Below are positions 10,545-21,443 of a stretch of DNA of 64,000 bases, one piece after another. Every line of letters begins with the position of its first letter. The stretch's first letter is position 1. The stretch comes from Spirochaetia bacterium. GTDB lineage: Bacteria > Spirochaetota > Spirochaetia > CAKZLE01. The notes beneath the pieces were generated by a model. It searched no databases, was not told the DNA's origin, and was given only the letters and a program-made list of their open reading frames with translations. The stretch spans positions 288,001-352,000 of the forward strand of contig OY782041.1 of the NCBI GenBank assembly GCA_963677595.1, written 5' to 3'. The position numbers and the translations under genes were made by a program.

Positions 10545-12380
10545 ATGAATACGATAACCTATACTAAACATAACACACTCCTCGGAGAATATCAGATAAA
10601 AAAACTCGAGGAGGAGCGCTCCTTCCTCGACCTGATCCACGATCACGGCATCGAGGGCTTCGATGCCCCCTGCGGGGGCAACGGTACCTGCGGGAAGTGT
10701 CGGATCACGATCGTCTCGGGGTCGGTCTCCCATGTGACCGAGAACGAGAAGAAACGCCTCAGCTCCAGGGAGCTGTCCGCCGGTATCCGCCTTGCCTGCA
10801 GCTGCTCGCCGAGGAGCGATGTGGTCATAGACTTATCGCACCACGACCTGGAATCTGCGGTCATCTCAGCTGCCAGCAGCGGGGGGCGGCAAGTCTCACG
10901 CATAAAGCCGAGAATCACCCGCAAGCCCCTGGACATGCTCCCCGACGGATCTCTCGAGGATCAGAGAGCCCTCCTGAGCAAAGCCATCGGGAACGCTTCG
11001 GCTTCCCTTTCCATGAAGGTGCCGTCTGCACTCCTTAGCTCCCTCCACTCCCATATCGGCACGGAAGCTGACCTGGTCCTCAAGGACGGCGTACCGAAGC
11101 GGATCGCACACCGCGGGGAGAAGCTCTACAGTATCGCTGTCGACATCGGGACTACCACCGTGGTCTGCTACCTCGTGGACCTGGAATTCGGGGAGGTCAT
11201 TGACAACTTCTCGGGCCTGAATGCACAGAAGAAGTTCGGTGCGGACGTCATCAGCCGGATCGCCTATGCCACCTCCTCTGTCGAACAGCAGGTACGCCTG
11301 CAGAGAGCCATCGTCTCCCAGATCGATTCAGGGATCAGGGCCCTTGCTGAACGCCATACTATCAGCCCGGAACAGATCATGCAGATCACGATAGCCGGGA
11401 ATACCACGATGATGCACCTGCTCGCAGGTGCCGACACCTCGGGGATCGCCGCATCTCCCTTCATACCGGTATTTACCGACTTCCTCACCGTCCCTGCGGT
11501 GGAGCTGGGTTTCACCTTCACACCGAACCTTGAGGTAGAGCTCCTTCCATCGGTAGCTGCCTATGTCGGGGCTGACATCACGGCAGGCATCCATGTCGCC
11601 GGGATCCATGTGGACAACACCCCCTCCATCCTCCTCGATATCGGGACGAACGGGGAGATGGCCTTCTCCATCTCTGATCATATCATCTGCTGCTCGACAG
11701 CAGCAGGCCCCGCATTCGAGGGGGCGAACATCACCTTCGGGACGGGAGGCGTGAGAGGGGCGATCGATACGGTGAAGCTCGATGACCATACGGTATCCTA
11801 TACCACCATCGGTGGTATTGACCCGATCGGCATCTGCGGTTCGGGGATCATCGACTGTGTCGCCGAGCTGATCAGGACAGGCCTCGTCGATTATACCGGG
11901 AGGCTGCTCACCCCGGAGGAGACTGACCATCCGGGCATCAAGTATTGTGACGGGGACCCGGTATTCTGCATCACGGCACTCGATGAGGAGTCCGCAGACC
12001 ATGCCGTCTACCTGACCCAGAAAGATATCAGGGAGGTACAGCTCGCGAAGGCGGCAATCGCTGCCGGGCTGCAGACCCTGCTTTCCGAGGCCGGGGTCGC
12101 AGAAGCTGACGTGGAACATCTCTACCTTGCCGGCGGGTTCGGGAGCTACATACGTCCCGAGAGTGCCGGGGAGATCGGGCTCATCCCGAAGCAGCTGGTA
12201 GCAAGGACGAAAGCCATCGGAAACAGTTCCGGTGAGGGAGCGGTCCGATTCAGTTGTTGGGAGGACCATGCCCATGATATACTGACGGTAGCACAGCATT
12301 GCCAGTATATCGAGTTATCAGGGCACAGGGAGTTCCAGGATTTCTATATCCAGGAGATGCTCTTCCCGATGGAGGACTAA
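10545..12380 (+). CDS. ATP-dependent reductive activator of corrinoid proteins (RamA/RACo, 2Fe-2S + ASKHA)
   Basis: CGGNGTCGKC...RLAC ferredoxin domain; DIGTTT, FGADVISRI, GNTTM, DIGTNGE, AAGPAFEG, GICGSG and AGGFG motifs. Confidence 0.9.
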   Translation: MNTITYTKHNTLLGEYQIKKLEEERSFLDLIHDHGIEGFDAPCGGNGTCGKCRITIVSGSVSHVTENEKKRLSSRELSAGIRLACSCSPRSDVVIDLSHHDLESAVISAASSGGRQVSRIKPRITRKPLDMLPDGSLEDQRALLSKAIGNASASLSMKVPSALLSSLHSHIGTEADLVLKDGVPKRIAHRGEKLYSIAVDIGTTTVVCYLVDLEFGEVIDNFSGLNAQKKFGADVISRIAYATSSVEQQVRLQRAIVSQIDSGIRALAERHTISPEQIMQITIAGNTTMMHLLAGADTSGIAASPFIPVFTDFLTVPAVELGFTFTPNLEVELLPSVAAYVGADITAGIHVAGIHVDNTPSILLDIGTNGEMAFSISDHIICCSTAAGPAFEGANITFGTGGVRGAIDTVKLDDHTVSYTTIGGIDPIGICGSGIIDCVAELIRTGLVDYTGRLLTPEETDHPGIKYCDGDPVFCITALDEESADHAVYLTQKDIREVQLAKAAIAAGLQTLLSEAGVAEADVEHLYLAGGFGSYIRPESAGEIGLIPKQLVARTKAIGNSSGEGAVRFSCWEDHAHDILTVAQHCQYIELSGHREFQDFYIQEMLFPMED

Positions 12381-12381
12381 T

Positions 12382-13656
12382 TTGGCTTCACGTCAGCATA
12401 CCGTCAGCAGGGACGAAATATTCGCCAGGGCTGCGGAGATCGCGCATCACTACAGTCTCAGTACGGGGATCAAGGTGAGGATCCTCACCGACGATTCCAC
12501 TTCAGGTTCCTTCTGTGACGTCTGCCTCTCCGGCAAGGAGGATACCTGCCTCGAGGTCCACCGGTACAACGCGAAACAGGCGGAACGGTTCGGCGGGAGC
12601 TACATGTACTTCTGCCACTCCTCCATGCTCTACTGGACGAGCCCGGTCATCTTCGAAGGGGTCATGATCGGCTCCTTCACTGCCGGGCCTGCCACGATCA
12701 TCAGCCGGGATGAGATGATCCAGGACATCATCCCGGGAGGTTCGGAAGAAGAACGGTCCCATGCCCATGACCTGCTTGCCGAGGTCCCCTCGGTAACGCC
12801 TGAGCAGTCCAGGTCCTTGGCCGAGATGCTGCTCATGTGTGCCGGCTGGGTCAACAACAGCACCGACCACCAGATCATCGAGAGCAAGGAGTACCAGAAC
12901 CAGCAGGACAGGATCTCGGAGTACATCCACCAGCTGAAGCAGCATGAGTCGACTGAAGAGCTCTCCTACCCGATCGAGCTCGAGGACGAGCTCTACAGCG
13001 CGATATCACAGGGGAAGAAACAGCAGGCGCAGAAGACGCTCAACGAGATCCTCGGTAATGTCTTCTTCGCTTCCGGCAACAAGATGGAACTGATCTCCTT
13101 CCGGGTGACAGAACTCATCGTCCTGCTCTCCCGCGCGGCGATAGGGGGTGGTGCCGACCCTGAGGAGACGCTGAGCATGAACTTCACCTACCTCAGGCAG
13201 GTGACCCAGTTCAGGTCGATCGACAGCCTCGCCTACTGGCTCTCGAAGGTCCTCAATGACTACTCCTCGCTGGTCTTCGACCTCCAGGATACCAAGCATG
13301 TGGACAGGCTCGAGAGGACACTCCACTACATCCATACCCACTACACGGAGAAGGTCACCCTCGTGGAGGCGGCCAAGCGCGCCAACCTGAGCCTGACCTA
13401 CTTCAGCAAGGTCTTCAAGGAGGAGATGGGGCAGAGCTTCACCACCTATATCAACCAGATACGGGTGAACCATGCGAAGACGCTCCTGAAGACCACCCCG
13501 TGCACACTCATCGAGATCGCCGGGATGGTGGGCTTCGATGACCAGAGCTACTTTTCCCGGGTATTCAAGCAGGAGGTTGGGACCTCTCCGGGCAAGTACC
13601 GGTCAAAGAGCGTCAAATGGCTCAAGGACGCCCCGGAGATCCACAGCGAACCGTAG
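12382..13656 (+). CDS. PocR-sensor AraC-family transcriptional regulator
   Basis: N-terminal PocR-like domain (FC..C...C, Y.CH) and C-terminal AraC HTH (YFSKVFK...VGFDDQSYFSRVFK). Confidence 0.9.
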   Translation: MASRQHTVSRDEIFARAAEIAHHYSLSTGIKVRILTDDSTSGSFCDVCLSGKEDTCLEVHRYNAKQAERFGGSYMYFCHSSMLYWTSPVIFEGVMIGSFTAGPATIISRDEMIQDIIPGGSEEERSHAHDLLAEVPSVTPEQSRSLAEMLLMCAGWVNNSTDHQIIESKEYQNQQDRISEYIHQLKQHESTEELSYPIELEDELYSAISQGKKQQAQKTLNEILGNVFFASGNKMELISFRVTELIVLLSRAAIGGGADPEETLSMNFTYLRQVTQFRSIDSLAYWLSKVLNDYSSLVFDLQDTKHVDRLERTLHYIHTHYTEKVTLVEAAKRANLSLTYFSKVFKEEMGQSFTTYINQIRVNHAKTLLKTTPCTLIEIAGMVGFDDQSYFSRVFKQEVGTSPGKYRSKSVKWLKDAPEIHSEP

Positions 13657-13698
13657 GATCCATATCTTTGGATTGAGCTCCAAAGGATGAAATATCCT

Positions 13699-13730
13699 AA
13701 AATAGTCCAAAAAAAATAAAAATAATCAAA
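13699..13730 (+). promoter_or_regulatory. Candidate tandem AraC-type binding sites
   Basis: AAAATAGTCCAA and AAAATAATCAAA repeated at 20-bp spacing in the AT-rich gap between the AraC gene and the riboswitch. Confidence 0.3.
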
Positions 13731-13764
13731 GATTTCTCCCATATTTCAGCGTACTCTTGTCCTA

Positions 13765-13895
13765 TACCAAGGGGAAAGAGGTGAGAATCCTCTGCGAGCC
13801 CGTCACTGTGAACATGGGGATGCATGCAATTCATCCAAGCCATGTAAGCCAGGTTACCTTGAGAAAACAGAGAAGCTTCGTGGATCAAGCTGGAA
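13765..13895 (+). promoter_or_regulatory. Cobalamin riboswitch (short type)
   Basis: CAAGG/CCTTG closing helix, GGGAA, AGAGG-TGAGAAT-CCTCT T-loop hairpin, GCCCGTCACTGTGA, ACATGG/CCATGT helix, B12-box-like AAGCCAGGTTACC, and a downstream AGCTT/AAGCT hairpin. Confidence 0.8.
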
Positions 13896-13915
13896 TACAT
13901 TAAGGAGTTAACGGT

Positions 13916-14554
13916 ATGGCAGTAGATTTGATGGCGCTTTCTGAATTCCTGCAGAAAGGTCGGGCAAAAGAGGTAACGGAACTGGTTCAGCAGGCACTTG
14001 ATGAAGGCATGAGCGCAAAGGAGATCCTTCATGACGGTCTCATGCACGGCATGAACATCATCGGTGAGAAGTTCAAGAACAATGAGGTCTTCGTCCCTGA
14101 GGTACTGATCGCCGCACGTGCGATGAACATGGGGACTGCGATCCTCAAGCCGTTCCTCGCTGATGCAGGGGTACAGGCAGCAGGCAAGGTCGTCATCGGC
14201 ACCGTCAAGGGCGACCTCCATGATATCGGGAAGAACCTGGTAGCCATGATGATGGAAGGGAAAGGCCTCGAGATCATCGACCTCGGCACAGACGTTCCCC
14301 CGCAGAAGTACGTGGACACCGCTATCGAGCAGGGTGCGAACATCATCGCTTGTTCAGCGCTCCTGACCACCACCATGACCCAGATGAAGGCTGTCGTCGC
14401 AGCTGCTGATGCTGCAGGGATCAGGGACAAGGTCAAGATCATGATCGGCGGCGCCCCGGTGACCGAGTCGTTCAAGGAGAGCGTCGGGGCTGACTTCTAC
14501 ACCGCTGACGCTGCTTCCGCAGCGAACGTTGCGGTAGAGATCTGCCAGGCGTAG
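13916..14554 (+). CDS. Methyltransferase corrinoid protein (MtaC/MttC-like)
   Basis: Cap domain (FVPEVLIAARAM) plus DLHDIGKNLV, SALLTTT and IGGAP B12-binding motifs. Confidence 0.95.
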   Translation: MAVDLMALSEFLQKGRAKEVTELVQQALDEGMSAKEILHDGLMHGMNIIGEKFKNNEVFVPEVLIAARAMNMGTAILKPFLADAGVQAAGKVVIGTVKGDLHDIGKNLVAMMMEGKGLEIIDLGTDVPPQKYVDTAIEQGANIIACSALLTTTMTQMKAVVAAADAAGIRDKVKIMIGGAPVTESFKESVGADFYTADAASAANVAVEICQA

Positions 14555-14571
14555 ATACAACTAAAAACCCG

Positions 14572-14605
14572 CAGCTGTGGCCGGTGAGGCCGCAGCTGTT
14601 TTCTT
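14572..14605 (+). terminator. Intra-operon hairpin/terminator after the corrinoid protein gene
   Basis: CAGCTGTGGCC-GGTGA-GGCCGCAGCTG followed by TTTTCTT. Confidence 0.6.
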
Positions 14606-14616
14606 AGGAGAGAGGT

Positions 14617-15963
14617 ATGACAGGAAAAGAGCGTATTACTGCAGTGATGCAGGGGAAGGAGACCGACAAGACTCCCTGGGTCCCCTTCGCCGGTGTCCAT
14701 TCAGGGAAACTGAAGGGGTACACCGCACGAGAGGTCTCACAGGATGGGGACAAACTGTTCGAGTCACTGCTGGAGGTCAACAGACTCTACAAACCAGATG
14801 GACAGCCGGTGATGTTCGATCTTCAGATCGAAGCTGAACTCATGGGCTGTGACCTGGTCTGGGCAGAGGATGCCCCCCCGACCGTATCGACCCATCCGCT
14901 GGAATCGACGGCAGACATCCCGGACTACATCCCTGCAGCCGATGAGGGCCGGCTTGCCCTCGAGATCGATGTGATGAAGCGGATGAAAGAGGCAGTCGGT
15001 GATGAGACCGCCCTCTACGGCCTCTTCACCGGCCCGTTCACCCTTGCTTCCCACCTCCGGGGAACCAACATCTTCATGGACATGATGCTCGATCCCGACT
15101 ATGTCCACAAACTGCTTGCCTACTGCACCGATGTAGCCATCGCCCTGAGCGACTACTTCATCGAAGCCGGCATGGATGTGATCGCAGCGGTCGACCCGCT
15201 CATCTCACAGATCTCCCCTGCCCACTTCAAGGAGTTCATGCACGAGCCGTTCTCACGACTCTTCACCGCGATCAGGGAGAAGGGAGCCTACTCCTCGTTC
15301 TTCGTCTGCGGGAATGCTACCATGAACATCGGTCCCATGTGCGAGACGAAGCCTGACAGCCTATCAGTGGATGAGAACGTCAACCTGGCCGAGGCGAAGA
15401 AGGTCACCGACACCTACGGCGTCGTGATCGGCGGGAACATCCCGCTGACCTCCGTCATGCTCTTCGGGAACCAGCAGGACAACATGAAAGCTGTCGTGGA
15501 CCTGGTCGATTCCGTCACAAAGGAGCGACTGATCATTGCACCCGGCTGCGATATGCCGTATGATATCCCCGTAGAGAACACTATAGCGATCGAACAGGCT
15601 GTGCATGAGACCGAGTCAGTCCGCGAGATGATCAGGAACTATGAGGGTTCGGACCTGGTATTCGAGGGAGAACTCCCCGATTACGAGAACCTCGCAAGGC
15701 CCCTCGTGGAGGTCTTCACCCTCGACTCCGCGACCTGCGCTGCCTGCACCTACATGCTGGCTACTGCCATGGACGCGAAGGCCCATTACGGGGATGCGAT
15801 CGATGTGGTGGAATACAAATACACTACTCCCCAGAATATCGCGCGATGCGGGGCTATGGGAGTCAAGCAGCTGCCGAGTATCTATATCAACGGTGAGCTG
15901 AAGTACTCCTCGATCATCCCGAGCCGTGAGGAGATCCTGGGAGAGATCGGGAAGTACCTGTAA
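14617..15963 (+). CDS. URO-D/MtaA-CmuA family methyltransferase with C-terminal thioredoxin-like domain
   Basis: GPFTLASHLRG, IGGNI and IIAPGCD URO-D-fold motifs; C-terminal CAAC...GVKQLPSIYING thioredoxin-like fold. Confidence 0.85.
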   Translation: MTGKERITAVMQGKETDKTPWVPFAGVHSGKLKGYTAREVSQDGDKLFESLLEVNRLYKPDGQPVMFDLQIEAELMGCDLVWAEDAPPTVSTHPLESTADIPDYIPAADEGRLALEIDVMKRMKEAVGDETALYGLFTGPFTLASHLRGTNIFMDMMLDPDYVHKLLAYCTDVAIALSDYFIEAGMDVIAAVDPLISQISPAHFKEFMHEPFSRLFTAIREKGAYSSFFVCGNATMNIGPMCETKPDSLSVDENVNLAEAKKVTDTYGVVIGGNIPLTSVMLFGNQQDNMKAVVDLVDSVTKERLIIAPGCDMPYDIPVENTIAIEQAVHETESVREMIRNYEGSDLVFEGELPDYENLARPLVEVFTLDSATCAACTYMLATAMDAKAHYGDAIDVVEYKYTTPQNIARCGAMGVKQLPSIYINGELKYSSIIPSREEILGEIGKYL

Positions 15964-16952
15964 TGCAAGAGAACGAGCAGAAGATAACCGGCAAGATACC
16001 ACTGTACATCATCATCGGGTTCCTTGGATCCGGGAAGACCTCCATGCTGAACAATCTGCTCGAACAGCACGGATGGGATAATGTGGGGGTCATCGTCAAT
16101 GAGTTCGGCTCATTGGACATCGACTCCTCACTAATCACATCCGACTCTGATATCATCAAGACGGAACTCTCCGGGGGGCAGATCTTCTGTTCCTGCCTCT
16201 CCGGCAGTTTCGTTGAGACTATCGGTAAGTATGCCGACCTGCCAATTCAGGCACTCTTCGTCGAGGCCTCAGGCCTCGCGAAGCCAAACCCCCTGCTCGA
16301 GATCATGGAATGGGCTGAACGCACCTCCAACCATGCATTCGAGTACCAAGGCATGATCTGCATCATCGATGCAGAACGCTACCACGCACTCTCACAGGCC
16401 CTGATGACCCTCAAGGAGCAGATCGTCTACAGCGATCTCTTCATCATCAACAAGTGCGACCTTGTCTCGGAAGAGGAGCTCTCTTCCCTTGAGCAGGAGC
16501 TCAATGCCATGAAACCCGAGGTCGACATCGTGAAGACCACCTATGGGAAGGTACCGGCAGAGCTGGTGAAGCACCTGAAGCATAATGCGGATGTGCTGCA
16601 TACCTATGATCAGGAACTCTACAAAGGCTGGGGAAAGCAGGGACGACCGGTGCCGCTGAGGCTCACCCCGGAGAGACCGGTAGCCTTCGATGCCCTTGAT
16701 GCCTTCATGAAGACCTACGGGTCAGAGGCGTTTCGGATGAAGGGGTATCTTGAGACCGAGGAACACGGCCTCATCCTTGCGAACGGGGTCGGCACCCACA
16801 TCGAGTATGACCTGGACCTGCCGCATGATGTACGCAAGACCCTGCAGCCGGGGCTGGTGGTCATCGTACCCGGCAACAGCATGCTGAAAGTCTCACTCGG
16901 TACCCACTGGAGGACACAGACGGGTGTGGATGTGGCTGTCCATACAGGCTGA
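15963..16952 (+). CDS. CobW/COG0523-family metallochaperone GTPase
   Basis: GFLGSGKT, NEFG, FCSC, EASG and NKCD motifs. Confidence 0.85.
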   Translation: MQENEQKITGKIPLYIIIGFLGSGKTSMLNNLLEQHGWDNVGVIVNEFGSLDIDSSLITSDSDIIKTELSGGQIFCSCLSGSFVETIGKYADLPIQALFVEASGLAKPNPLLEIMEWAERTSNHAFEYQGMICIIDAERYHALSQALMTLKEQIVYSDLFIINKCDLVSEEELSSLEQELNAMKPEVDIVKTTYGKVPAELVKHLKHNADVLHTYDQELYKGWGKQGRPVPLRLTPERPVAFDALDAFMKTYGSEAFRMKGYLETEEHGLILANGVGTHIEYDLDLPHDVRKTLQPGLVVIVPGNSMLKVSLGTHWRTQTGVDVAVHTG

Positions 16953-16958
16953 CCTGTC

Positions 16959-17642
16959 ATGAAGAAATCATTGATCCACCTGAGGACGAGCTTCGACGCC
17001 TCTTTCGACTGGTTCGCGAAGCAGATACGCCTCGAGCAGTTCCCTGAGTTGACCTCTGAGGCCGAAGACCTGTACGACAAGGCCTCACGGCTGCTGATCC
17101 CGCAATCGGTCCACCTGCAGGCTGACGTTGACTCGTTCGCTGCCGAACAGGACGGTACGTTCACCGTCGTGATCGAGGGTACCCAGTTCAACGGGAAAGT
17201 GCTTGACCGCCTTGACGGGGTACATAGGGTCTTCCCCTATGTCGTCACCTGCGGAACGGGCCTCGAGGACCTCGACCTCTCCACCTATGACTTCTTCGCC
17301 CCCTACTGGGTCGATGCCCTGAAGGTAAAGGCACTGAGGATCGGGATGAGACAGATAAACTCCTATATGCGGGAGACCTACCACCTCAGCAGGGTTAACA
17401 CCCTCAACCCGGGATCCGGCAATGTCGATATCTGGCCGATCGAGCAGCTGCGTGATGTGTTCAGCATCCTTGGTAATGTAGCTGGGGAGACCGGGGTCAC
17501 GATGACCGAGAGCTGCCTCATGATCCCGAACAAGACACTCGCAGGCTTCTTCTTCGACCGGGACCATCTCTATGAGAGCTGTGCCTACTGTGAGCGGGCG
17601 AACTGCCCGGACCGGAGGGTCCCCTACTCGGAGACCCTGTAA
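16959..17642 (+). CDS. Stand-alone B12-dependent methionine synthase activation-domain-like protein
   Basis: VVTCG, NPGS...W, ESCLMIPNKT and C-terminal CAYC..NCPDR, typical of this family in corrinoid clusters. Confidence 0.7.
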   Translation: MKKSLIHLRTSFDASFDWFAKQIRLEQFPELTSEAEDLYDKASRLLIPQSVHLQADVDSFAAEQDGTFTVVIEGTQFNGKVLDRLDGVHRVFPYVVTCGTGLEDLDLSTYDFFAPYWVDALKVKALRIGMRQINSYMRETYHLSRVNTLNPGSGNVDIWPIEQLRDVFSILGNVAGETGVTMTESCLMIPNKTLAGFFFDRDHLYESCAYCERANCPDRRVPYSETL

Positions 17643-17735
17643 TGGTAGTAGATTTTCAATGCAATTTGCCGTGCTGAACCAAGGGGAGAAAGCAGTTTTT
17701 CACTTCAAGGCGGGTAATCGTATCAGTTTGGTTTC

Positions 17736-19208
<1,473 letters not shown>

Positions 19209-20585
19209 TTATCGCTCCCACGGAGGATGCACGTTCCTATGTCCCTCTGTAGGGATCACAGGCGCCTTGATGATCTCAGCCTCAGGTTCCCCTGCTGCAC
19301 GCATATGCGCAAGCAGGCGCTTCCCCATTACTTCTGTGATGTCTTCATACCCTTCCATACCGATGAGATTTGTCAATTCATAAGGATCTGATTCAAGATC
19401 ATATAGAGATTCTTCATAATACGTCCCGGCATAGGGAGTACTCTCTTTGGCCATCTCATTGTTGGAGACACAGTATTTCCATCGATCAGTCCGTACAGCC
19501 CTGCCGATCTGTGATTCGCTGATCTGAATATAGATGTCATCAGGCCAGGCAGGGTCTTCATGCCTGATCAGTGGCATAGCAGATCTCCCGCTCATTGTCT
19601 CGGGGACTTCAATCCCTGCTGCTTCGAGAAGAGTCGGGGCAATATCAATGATACTCGTGAGAGCTTTTATCCTTCCCCCATGTTCAAACCCAGGACCACG
19701 TGCGGCTACAGGAATACGTATCGAACTCTCATGACATGAGCGTTTGTATTCATCATTGCGAGTTTTAAAATGGCATCCATGATCAGACACAAAGAGTACT
19801 ATGGTGTTCTCAAGAAGCTCAATACTTTTCAGGGTATCCATGATCCGGCCGAATGCTTCATCCAGCCGCTTGATCATTCCATAGTATCCACCAATCTGTT
19901 GATATGCGTTCCCCCCTAGGGATGCAAGATCAGGAGGCAGCCATCTACCGGTATATTTCTCAGCATATCCATCAGGTGCTGGGAAATCATCCCGATGATT
20001 CTGAAAATGAGGTTCCAGGTATGATACACAAAGGAAGAATTGTTCTTGCTTGTGGTCCTCTAAGAATCGTACTGCAGCATCGGTATAGGCATCAGCCCGA
20101 TATCCTGGGAGAAAGACCTTCTTATTCTCATTATCAAATAAGACTGTATGATAGGCATCTGAGATGAATTCCGGCAAATCCGATGCGAGCCAATACTCAT
20201 ACCCCCCTCTCCGTTCTTCCGGGACGGGTTGCTGTCCACCATAGAACCCGGGATCTACTCCACCAAGATGCCACTTCCCGATATACCCGGTGCGGTACCC
20301 TTCTTTTCCGAATAGGGTGGCAAGCGTTTGGGCATCATCCTGTAATGGTATGCCATTCTGGTACACCCCTGTCTCTGTCGCATATAAGCCGGTCTGCAAG
20401 CAGGACCTTGCAGGACCGCATAACGGCTGGCACGTAAACGCATTATAGAAATGGGTCCCTTCCTGGGCTATCCTGTCGAAGTTTGGCATCAGATCCAGGG
20501 GGTTCCCATAGAGACTCGAGGCATCCCAACGATGCTGATCAGTGAAGAAAATGATTACATTCGGTCTGTTCGTAGTAGTATGCAT
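19209..20585 (-). CDS. Formylglycine-dependent sulfatase (Cys type)
   Basis: PNVIIFFTDQ, CGPAR (CxPxR), GYIGKWHL, SDHG and LYDLESDPYE motifs. Confidence 0.9.
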   Translation of the reverse strand: MHTTTNRPNVIIFFTDQHRWDASSLYGNPLDLMPNFDRIAQEGTHFYNAFTCQPLCGPARSCLQTGLYATETGVYQNGIPLQDDAQTLATLFGKEGYRTGYIGKWHLGGVDPGFYGGQQPVPEERRGGYEYWLASDLPEFISDAYHTVLFDNENKKVFLPGYRADAYTDAAVRFLEDHKQEQFFLCVSYLEPHFQNHRDDFPAPDGYAEKYTGRWLPPDLASLGGNAYQQIGGYYGMIKRLDEAFGRIMDTLKSIELLENTIVLFVSDHGCHFKTRNDEYKRSCHESSIRIPVAARGPGFEHGGRIKALTSIIDIAPTLLEAAGIEVPETMSGRSAMPLIRHEDPAWPDDIYIQISESQIGRAVRTDRWKYCVSNNEMAKESTPYAGTYYEESLYDLESDPYELTNLIGMEGYEDITEVMGKRLLAHMRAAGEPEAEIIKAPVIPTEGHRNVHPPWER

Positions 20586-20642
20586 AACAACTTCCTATAT
20601 CTTATTGGATACGAGAGCATATCCCACATAAATTCCCAGGAT

Positions 20643-21419
20643 TCACAGCATGAACTGTTTGATATATTTCTGTGTTAATTGAATATATTTTTTCCTATGT
20701 TCATCCGGAGATGCCCAGAAAGGCCCATGTGGTTCGATTACAACATATTCGTCATACTCATGATGGTATAGGATGCTCATGAACTTACCCCATTCTAGGG
20801 TATCCATACCTGGAGGTGGTTCCAGTTCACCTGCCGGCAATTGGGTGAGTCCCTTAACGTGGAAATGTGTGAGTTTATCACCATATCGGTATAGGACATC
20901 ATATGGATCAGCCTTCACATTACGAATGATACCGACAGGGTCCAGCTTCAATCCTATATCCGGGATCATACGATACGTCTGCTGCAAAAGGGCTTCAGAC
21001 GTGATATAGCTCCCTTTATGCCCGAGATAGACCGAAAGCACCAACTGATATGATTCAGCAAGATCCTTCCATGCATTATATTTGGCTGCAAGATACCCTG
21101 GCTTATCCTCAACATCAGGCTCACCTGCCCCGGTAAAGAAATTCACAGCGTTGATGTCGGAAGCGAACTTCATAGCAGTTTTTATGATCTCTGCATCTGC
21201 CCCTTCATTGATATCCGAAAGGCCTACTGCCCATACGCCGAGCGCTGCTACTTCTATCTCGTATCGCTCAAAAATAGCTCGAACTTCTTCAGCATTATCA
21301 AAATCTTCTGCTTTTGGCTCATAGATCATCAACTCAATCCCGTCGATGTGGTGTTGTTTTGCAAATGCTGCCCACATCTCAAGATCACTCTTTAAATCAG
21401 CAATGAATGCAAGTTTCAT
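20643..21419 (-). CDS. Sugar phosphate isomerase/epimerase (xylose-isomerase-like TIM barrel)
   Basis: DGIEL, LKLDP, HFHVKG and VVIEPH metal-site pattern. Confidence 0.7.
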   Translation of the reverse strand: MKLAFIADLKSDLEMWAAFAKQHHIDGIELMIYEPKAEDFDNAEEVRAIFERYEIEVAALGVWAVGLSDINEGADAEIIKTAMKFASDINAVNFFTGAGEPDVEDKPGYLAAKYNAWKDLAESYQLVLSVYLGHKGSYITSEALLQQTYRMIPDIGLKLDPVGIIRNVKADPYDVLYRYGDKLTHFHVKGLTQLPAGELEPPPGMDTLEWGKFMSILYHHEYDEYVVIEPHGPFWASPDEHRKKYIQLTQKYIKQFML

Positions 21420-21443
21420 CAGAATCTCCCTTTATAGTATTTC

